Assembly: GCA_965224465.1 (NCBI GenBank)
Contig: OZ245049.1
Span: 3,240,001 to 3,272,000 of the forward strand
Direction: 5' to 3'
Source of the DNA: Flavobacteriaceae bacterium
GTDB taxonomy: Bacteria; Bacteroidota; Bacteroidia; Flavobacteriales; Flavobacteriaceae
Length of the DNA stretch: 32,000 bases
Position numbers and translations under genes: made by a program. How positions within the stretch are numbered: position 1 is the stretch's first letter; each line of letters starts with the position of its first letter. Shown piece after piece: positions 27,401 through 32,000 of the stretch. The notes under the pieces are model-generated. The model was not told the origin of the DNA. It saw nothing but the letters and a program-made list of their open reading frames with translations, and ran no database searches.

Positions 27401-28183
27401 CCGCTGACCTATACAGCACAAGGTTCTTATACAATCAACTGGATATTTGATGATGGAAACGACAATTCAATTGTAGTTGCACAGAGAGTAATTGTAAAAG
27501 ATGTGACCAATCCTGTAGCGATAGCTCAAGACTTTACGCTCACTTTAGATGATTTGGGTGAGGGCAGTATTTTAGCTTCAGATATTGACAATGGAAGTTC
27601 TGATAATTGTGACTTCACCTTGTCGTTAGATATAGATATGTTTGATTGCTATACGATAGGTGATTATACGGTAATACTTAGTGTTGAAGATGCAGGAGGA
27701 AATATTTCAACAGCGACTGCTGTAGTGACTATTCTGGGTGATGATAATGATGCTGATGGTATGGTAGATGCTTGTGATGAAGATGATGATAATGATGGTG
27801 TTTTAGATGTAGATGATAATTGTCCATGGAAATCAAATCCAAAACAAATTGATTTAGACAAAGACGGGACCGGAGATGTCTGTGATGATTCTGTGGATAT
27901 TTCAGTGACTCCTAACGATACATTGACTCCAAATGGTGACGGTGTAAATGATACTTGGCATATAGAAAATATTCAGAAATATCCTTTTGCTACGGTAAAA
28001 GTATTTAATAGAAATGGACTTGAAGTATTTAAAAGTAGGAATTATAAAAATGATTGGGGAGGAGAATCTACTATAGGAGGAAGCGGCTTATTACCTGTAA
28101 ATTCTTATTATTATATCATCAATCTAAACCAACCAAAATCTGGTATAAGTCCAATAACAGGGTGGTTTTATATTAATTATTAG
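24419..28183 (+). CDS. T9SS type-B cargo adhesin 3: unknown head, 2 x 79-aa Ig-like repeats, 7 HYR-like repeats, TSP3-like Ca motifs, type-B CTD
   Basis: 1254 aa with signal peptide [21 protein letters not shown] and a unique ~515-aa N-terminal region. The stalk and C-terminus are near-identical to adhesin 2. Confidence 0.9.
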   Translation: MKRLLLIYSMFLLGSQFMNAQTLVAGDIAIIGVNEDASPEIGEDHSFTWIALKEIPAGEIIYFTEQGVNTVTMEWYGNTEGHFSWTAPSGGLACGSIVHIYEKGQTDVMGVLGGGTVSPILSGIGWNLVGGDQVLAYCASDVRASISSTVFITGIHLGDDGSYGKTNGWTSLSFIGTSYGMCHLPPGLTNGVDCISLFNPYEGLFEIDNNRYSGSLEGTASELRALINTSYKLSRGDWEGDNNLPKNISIESYSPNVICEAACIAPDAPTITVDDHMVCLGGAITLSISGSLNDASAWYIYTSSCGSSSNLVGTTSGSSFEVTPYFAATYYIRGEDGTGCVDESTVPCGEIKLFGDPSLTYTEFSYESESYCLNSSDPTPTITGLSGGTFTSSPSGLSIDSSTGLIDVSASIVDVYLIKYTVAECTESSMFRVSIKAFDDASFNYETASYCLNASDPTPTITGLLGGVFTSSPSGLSIDSSTGLIDISASTKGVYGVIYTTTGTCSRSSGVYVTIEDITDPEIPTLSDITGECSATVPVPTTTDNCSGIITGTTDEPLSYTGKGSYTVNWKFTDEIGNSIVVAQKVILTDVTKPVVPTLSDITGECSATVPVPTTTDNCSGTITGTTDEPLTYTGKGSYIVNWKFTDGNGNSIVVAQKVTVTDVTKPVAPNLTDITGECSVTVPVPTTTDNCSGIITGTTDEPLTYTGKGSYIVNWKFTDGNGNSIVVAQKVTVTDVTKPVAPNLTDITGECSVTVPVPTTTDNCSGIITGTTDDPVSYTGKGTYTINWKFSDGNGNSIVVPQKVIVTDVTKPVIPSLIDITSECSATVPVPTTTDNCTGIITGTTDDPLTYTAKGSYTINWKFDDGNENSIIVAQKVIVTDVTKPVIPSLIDITGECSATVPVPTTTDNCTGIITGTTDDPLTYTAKGSYTISWKFDDGNGNSIVVAQKVIVTDVTKPVVPTLPDITGECSVLVPVPTTTDNCSGIITGTTTEPLTYTAQGSYTINWIFDDGNDNSIVVAQRVIVKDVTNPVAIAQDFTLTLDDLGEGSILASDIDNGSSDNCDFTLSLDIDMFDCYTIGDYTVILSVEDAGGNISTATAVVTILGDDNDADGMVDACDEDDDNDGVLDVDDNCPWKSNPKQIDLDKDGTGDVCDDSVDISVTPNDTLTPNGDGVNDTWHIENIQKYPFATVKVFNRNGLEVFKSRNYKNDWGGESTIGGSGLLPVNSYYYIINLNQPKSGISPITGWFYINY
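25508..25966 (+). repeat. 2 x ~237-nt (79-aa) tandem domain repeat in the adhesin 3 head
   Basis: [48 protein letters not shown]... aligns with [48 protein letters not shown].... Unit starts at 25508 and 25745. Confidence 0.8.
25967..27499 (+). repeat. in-frame tandem repeat, 7 x 219 nt (73-aa HYR-like unit)
   Basis: Starts at 25967 ([18 protein letters not shown]...); the next domain starts at 27500, and 7 x 219 = 1533 nt. Adjacent units 2/3 (plus the start of 4) and 5/6 are almost identical at nucleotide level. Confidence 0.9.
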
Positions 28184-28197
28184 TAAAAAATAGATAA

Positions 28198-29073
28198 ATG
28201 AAGAATATATATATAATCGTAGGGGTTTTTATGATGCTATGTTCAATAACAGCACTGGCACAGCAAACACCAGAATATACTTTTTGGAGACAAAATATGG
28301 TCTTGGTAAATCCTGCCTATGTGGGGAGTACAGAAAAAGTAGAGATAAGTATTAATAGTTATAAAGATAAGCTTCAAGGTGTTTATGAAGGACCTAAAAC
28401 ACTTTCGCTTACCGCGCAGTGGAGTCTTAATGATAAGGTGGGGCTTGGTTTAGATATTGTTACAGACAATGTTTTTATTCAGAAAGAAACCAATGTATTT
28501 GTGGATTATTCGTATAAATTAAGTTTTGGAGAAAAGCGAGATTTATATTTAGGATTGAAAGCGGGAGGTAGTTTTTTTAATGTTGATTTTTCTAGATTAA
28601 AAACAGTTGACCCTGCAAATCAAGGAGAGGTAAGTAACTTTAATCCCAATGTTGGAATTGGAGTGTATTACAAAGCGAACAACTATTTTGTGAGTTTATC
28701 AGCACCAAGGATCTTAAAAGCCAAGCGTTACGAGGATGTGTCAGGAGTTGCGCAAGAAGCATCTGATGCCACATTGCTTATGTTTGGAGGAGGGTATTAT
28801 TATGATTTGAGTACAGACATTCAGATTGTACCTGCATTCATGACTCGTTATATTGATGGTGCGCCGTTTTCTTTTGACCTTTCTACCTCCGTTCGTTTTT
28901 ATGACAAGATGGAATTAGGCGTAAATTACAGGTTAAACAATGCTATTTCTGCCATGGTATCTTTTGAAATTCTAAAAATGATAGAAATAGGATTTGCGTA
29001 CGATTATTCGATATCAACTATAAATACTCAAACAGATGGCGGTCCAGAGTTTTTATTAAAAGTAAAATTTTAA
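28198..29073 (+). CDS. PorP/SprF-family type IX secretion outer-membrane protein, paralogue 3
   Basis: 291 aa with 5 substitutions relative to paralogue 1 and 8 relative to paralogue 2. Confidence 0.9.
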   Translation: MKNIYIIVGVFMMLCSITALAQQTPEYTFWRQNMVLVNPAYVGSTEKVEISINSYKDKLQGVYEGPKTLSLTAQWSLNDKVGLGLDIVTDNVFIQKETNVFVDYSYKLSFGEKRDLYLGLKAGGSFFNVDFSRLKTVDPANQGEVSNFNPNVGIGVYYKANNYFVSLSAPRILKAKRYEDVSGVAQEASDATLLMFGGGYYYDLSTDIQIVPAFMTRYIDGAPFSFDLSTSVRFYDKMELGVNYRLNNAISAMVSFEILKMIEIGFAYDYSISTINTQTDGGPEFLLKVKF

Positions 29074-29147
29074 GAAGCTGAAATCAGATTTTTAGGGAAT
29101 AAGGATGGGGCTCTAAAAAGATGTTTTCAGTCTAAATAAAAAGGTGG

Positions 29148-29250
29148 TAATACCAAATACATTTCCAAGTGACGGTTTAGAGATAAAATAAACTATGTAT
29201 ATCGGTCATTTTGGATTGTAGTTGGTATAATTTAAATTACTGCCTTTTTT
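29148..29250 (+). repeat. noncoding repeat family R, copy R4 (internally deleted), with a weak terminator hairpin plus T run
   Basis: TAATACCAAATACATTTCCAAGTGACGGTTTAGAG is joined directly to ATAAAATAAACTATGTATATCGGTCATTTTGGATTGTAGTTGGTATAATTTAAATTACTGCCTTTTTT. It lacks ~85 nt that are present in R3. Confidence 0.6.
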
Positions 29251-29307
29251 ATTTTCTAAATTATTCCAGTAGTATCATTTTTAAGTACTAGTAATTTTGT
29301 TTTTAAA

Positions 29308-29334
29308 TAACATATCCATAACTTTAACTTAACA
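29308..29334 (+). promoter_or_regulatory. Pho-box-like 11-bp phased direct repeats upstream of the porin gene
   Basis: TAACA (29308), TAACT (29319) and TAACA (29330) are spaced exactly 11 nt apart. The 16-mer TAACTTTAACTTAACA (29319-29334) nearly matches TAACATTAACTTTACA upstream of pstS. The site ends 39 nt before the ATG at 29373. Confidence 0.4.
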
Positions 29335-29372
29335 AAGGGATTGTTTATTTGCAGCGACAAAAAGGAACAAAT

Positions 29373-30578
29373 ATGATAAAGAAGAGAATAGCAATATTCG
29401 TATTTTTATACGGGGCTAGTATCAGTATTCATGCACAGGAAAAAACAGCAAATCCGTTTTCTATAAAATGGGATAATGGATTTAAAGTTGAGAATTCGGA
29501 CAAAAGTATCAGATTGAAATTTGGAGGAAGAATCATGTATGATATGGGATTTTTTAGTTTGAACAGTGAAGCAGAAACAAATGGTTACACCTTAAAGTCA
29601 TCTAATGGAACAGAATTACGTAGAGCGCGTTTTTTTACTTCTGGAACCATTTATAAAAATGTAGGTTTTAAGTTGCAAGTTGATTTTGCAGGTGGAAAAA
29701 TAGTACTGAAAGATGCTTTTATAACTCTTAAAAAGTTACCTATTGGTAATTTAAGGCTAGGGCATTTTAAAGAACCGTTTAGGTTAGAAGCTTTGACAAG
29801 TAGTAAATACATCACGTTTATGGAACGCTCAACACTTATTAGTATGCTTGCTGAACGTAGTTCTGGTGTGATGTTGTTTGATCAATTTGCAGCTAAAAAA
29901 GCGTCTTGGCAATTGGGAGTTTTTAGAGGAGCTGACGCTTCTTCAGATAAAAAAGAGGCGAATGGTGATTATGCTATTACAGGAAGAATTGCGGGTTTAT
30001 TAGTAAAGGAAGAACAGCACTTAGTCCATGTAGGTTTGGGCTATAGTTTTAGAAAACCACAAGAGAATCATGCTTATGGTTACAAGGTACGCCCAGAAGT
30101 ACATATTGCGAATAAATATATTAAGACGGATGTTTCTGATGTTGATCATGTCACTTTACTAAATGTTGAAGCGGCATGGGTGGCAAATTCTTTTTCTTTA
30201 CAAGGAGAATATGTAAAAGCCAAAATAAGTGCTGCTTCTGATCAAGAGTTTTCCAGTTATTATACACAAGCTAGTTATTTTATAACCGGTGAAAAAAGAG
30301 TGTATAAGAATTCATTAGTAGGGTTTGGGCGGGTGAAACCACTAAAAAACTTTGGAGATAGCGGGGTTGGAGCTATTGAGTTGGCATTGAGGTATTCTGC
30401 TATTGAAGGGATGAATAACGATCAAATGAATATTGTTACAGCAGGCGTAAATTGGCACCTAAACCCAGCAACTCGAGTGATGGTGAACTATGTGATTTCA
30501 TCAATTGATAATACGACGGATTATTTGGGGAAAGGAACGTTTCGTGCTTTTCAATTTCGTTTTCAGTTAGATTTTTAA
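29373..30578 (+). CDS. phosphate-selective porin O/P family outer-membrane porin
   Basis: The track ORF begins at TTG 29349. The ATG at 29373 gives MIKKRIAIFVFLYGASISIHAQE (signal peptide). The N-terminal signature FSIKWDNGFKVENSDKSIRLKFGGRIMYDMGFF and the C-terminal beta-strand FQFRFQLDF are typical of Porin_O_P proteins. It is adjacent to pstS. Confidence 0.8.
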   Translation: MIKKRIAIFVFLYGASISIHAQEKTANPFSIKWDNGFKVENSDKSIRLKFGGRIMYDMGFFSLNSEAETNGYTLKSSNGTELRRARFFTSGTIYKNVGFKLQVDFAGGKIVLKDAFITLKKLPIGNLRLGHFKEPFRLEALTSSKYITFMERSTLISMLAERSSGVMLFDQFAAKKASWQLGVFRGADASSDKKEANGDYAITGRIAGLLVKEEQHLVHVGLGYSFRKPQENHAYGYKVRPEVHIANKYIKTDVSDVDHVTLLNVEAAWVANSFSLQGEYVKAKISAASDQEFSSYYTQASYFITGEKRVYKNSLVGFGRVKPLKNFGDSGVGAIELALRYSAIEGMNNDQMNIVTAGVNWHLNPATRVMVNYVISSIDNTTDYLGKGTFRAFQFRFQLDF

Positions 30579-30862
30579 TCCCTTATTGAGGGTTTAACAC
30601 CAATTTAATCATATAATATCGCGTCACTTGTTTTTTTTACACCCTAATTGTAAAAAAAATAATTCAATATAATGATGCGACTTCACAAAAAATAAAAGGA
30701 TGTAATTCTGCGAGGTGCTACCTCGAAACAGAAAAAAGTCTTCGGAAGTACACGTTCGAGCCTTTGAGGTATACTTAGGGATACTAAATGTGTTTCTTTA
30801 GGACTGTTTACATTGGGTATTTGGATGTGTTTTTGTTATAACCCTCATAAAAGAGGTATAGG

Positions 30863-30895
30863 AAAGAGGGTAGTTTTAAAACGTCCCTCTTTTTT
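30863..30895 (+). terminator. terminator-like hairpin in the porin-pstS intergenic region
   Basis: AAAGAGGG (30863-30870) pairs with CCCTCTTT (30885-30892) around a 14-nt loop, within a T run. It lies ~285 nt after the porin stop codon, so the transcript it ends is unclear. Confidence 0.35.
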
Positions 30896-31043
30896 ACGTA
30901 ATTAGGAAAGGATGCATGTTTGTATTGTCAAAAAAATGACGGTTTTACACCTTAAAAACAAGTAGTTGCGAAAAATTTATTTGGTATTATTATTATCAGT
31001 GTATTTAAATAAGTGAGATCACTTTAAGATAGCGTAAAACACC

Positions 31044-31103
31044 TAACATTAACTTTACATAAAAAACTCTTTTTAATTATCTTTAGCTAACAATCAAGTT
31101 ACA
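31044..31103 (+). promoter_or_regulatory. two Pho-box-like direct-repeat pairs upstream of pstS
   Basis: TAACA (31044) / TTACA (31055) and TAACA (31088) / TTACA (31099). All are in the same 11-nt register (offsets 0, 11, 44, 55). Box 2 ends 43 nt before the ATG. Confidence 0.4.
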
Positions 31104-31145
31104 TCTGTTGCCTTATTTTGTAAAATAAATTAAGAAATAAGACAA

Positions 31146-32000
31146 ATGAAAAAAATACTTTTTTTAGCAATTTTTGCTGCTGCAATTGTTGCATGTGGAA
31201 AAAAATCAACAAAGGATAAGCAACTTTCAGAAGGTGAAACAGTATTGTCAGGGACTATTAAAATAGATGGTTCTAGTACTGTATTTCCTGTAACAGAAGC
31301 TGTTGCAGAAGAGTTTAGGTCTGTAGCTCCAGAGGTTAAAGTGACTATTGGAATATCAGGTACAGGAGGAGGATTTAAAAAATTCTCTAGGGGTGAAACA
31401 AATCTTTCCAATGCGTCTCGTCCAATAAAAGACAAAGAGAAATTGGCTTGTGAAGCTAATAATATCAGTTATTTAGAATTGGAAGTTGCTTATGATGGTT
31501 TGGCTGTATTGGTCAATCCAAAAAACGATTGGGTAGATAGTTTTACCGTGGAAGAGTTGAAAAAGATTTGGGAACCAGCAGCGCAAGGTGTTATTATGAA
31601 ATGGAATCAAATTAGACCAGAATGGCCTAATAAAGAGATTCATTTGTTCGGTCCTGGTGTAGCCTCAGGAACCTATGATTATTTTACCAAAGCCATTGTA
31701 GGAAAAAGTGGGTCAAGTCGGGGTGATTTTACTGCCAGTGAAGACGATCACGTATTGGTACAAGGGATTGCAGGAGATACCTATTCTTTGGGGTTTTTCG
31801 GGTTGGCTTATTATAGCGAAAACAAAGATAAATTAACCTTAATAGGTGTTCATAATGGAACAGAAGTGGTGAAGCCAACGTTGGAAACAGTGAGTAATGG
31901 TACGTATAAGCCATTATCTAGACCACTTTTTTTATATGTAAATAGTACTTCTGTAGCGTCAAAAGAAGTGGTGTCATTTGTTCATTTTTACTTGGAAAAT
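31146..32000 (+). CDS. pstS: phosphate ABC transporter substrate-binding lipoprotein PstS (5' part; continues past the window end)
   Basis: From the ATG at 31146 the frame is open to the window end (285 codons): [20 protein letters not shown] (lipobox) ...[21 protein letters not shown]...[27 protein letters not shown]...[14 protein letters not shown]...[10 protein letters not shown]. These are classic PstS/PBP_like_2 motifs. It is missing from the ORF track because it has no stop codon in the window. Confidence 0.85.
   Translation, partial: MKKILFLAIFAAAIVACGKKSTKDKQLSEGETVLSGTIKIDGSSTVFPVTEAVAEEFRSVAPEVKVTIGISGTGGGFKKFSRGETNLSNASRPIKDKEKLACEANNISYLELEVAYDGLAVLVNPKNDWVDSFTVEELKKIWEPAAQGVIMKWNQIRPEWPNKEIHLFGPGVASGTYDYFTKAIVGKSGSSRGDFTASEDDHVLVQGIAGDTYSLGFFGLAYYSENKDKLTLIGVHNGTEVVKPTLETVSNGTYKPLSRPLFLYVNSTSVASKEVVSFVHFYLEN

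Noticed and set aside
17145-27499. Could the regular 219-nt repeat arrays be CRISPR-like or satellite arrays?
   Set aside because: The units are contiguous with no unique spacers. They are in frame and translate to a conserved 73-aa Cys-containing Ig/HYR-like domain inside long ORFs. No cas genes are present.
20938-27499. Diversity-generating retroelement or targeted hypermutation of the variable loop (KFTDEIGNS / KFDDGNENS / KFSDGNGNS).
   Set aside because: The window has no reverse transcriptase and no template repeat. The differences are not adenine-specific and recur as discrete subtypes, which fits recombination better.
31130-31914. Minus-strand ORFs 31130-31435 and 31729-31914.
   Set aside because: They are antisense to an unmistakable PstS reading frame that is open from 31146 to the window end.

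Overview
AT-rich Bacteroidota (Flavobacteriia-like) chromosomal segment with almost all genes on the + strand. All domain calls come from reading motifs by eye; no searches were run.

Gene order:
- mutS 5' fragment (- strand) and a TrmH/SpoU RNA methyltransferase.
- Two translationally coupled TPR sensor-kinase paralogues plus a REC/LuxR-like response regulator.
- A TonB-dependent receptor with a partner lipoprotein.
- A TPR/HisKA_2 histidine kinase plus a LytTR response regulator.
- A ~2 kb ORF-poor, repeat-rich region.
- Three tandem cassettes (15.4-29.1 kb), each a giant secreted adhesin with a T9SS type-B (gliding-motility) C-terminal sorting domain followed by a 291-aa PorP/SprF-family protein.
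- A phosphate-selective porin (OprO/P family) and the 5' part of pstS.

The adhesin locus is the most interesting part:
- The three adhesins have unrelated N-terminal heads: a propeller-like head, an LRR head and an unknown head.
- They share a near-identical stalk of 219-nt (73-aa) HYR-like tandem repeats (2, 6 and 7 copies), an Ig-like domain, TSP3-like Ca-binding motifs and the type-B CTD.
- The PorP/SprF partners differ from each other at only 5-8 of 291 residues.
- A strictly conserved direct repeat, TTCACGGACA-N11-TYCACGACA (21-bp phasing), occurs four times in the leaders of this locus, directly downstream of the LytTR regulator gene. I propose it as that regulator's operator.

Other observations:
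- A ~100-190 bp noncoding repeat family occurs in both orientations.
- A perfect 22-bp palindrome sits at a cassette junction.
- Two decayed copies of a TonB_C-like gene lie in the ORF-poor region.
- The two TPR kinases are complementarily degenerate: one keeps the phospho-acceptor His but lacks ATPase motifs, the other the reverse.
- The porin and pstS promoters share Pho-box-like 11-bp phased TAACA/TTACA repeats.

I saw no CRISPR array, transposase, integrase, rRNA or tRNA, and no recognisable defence system.
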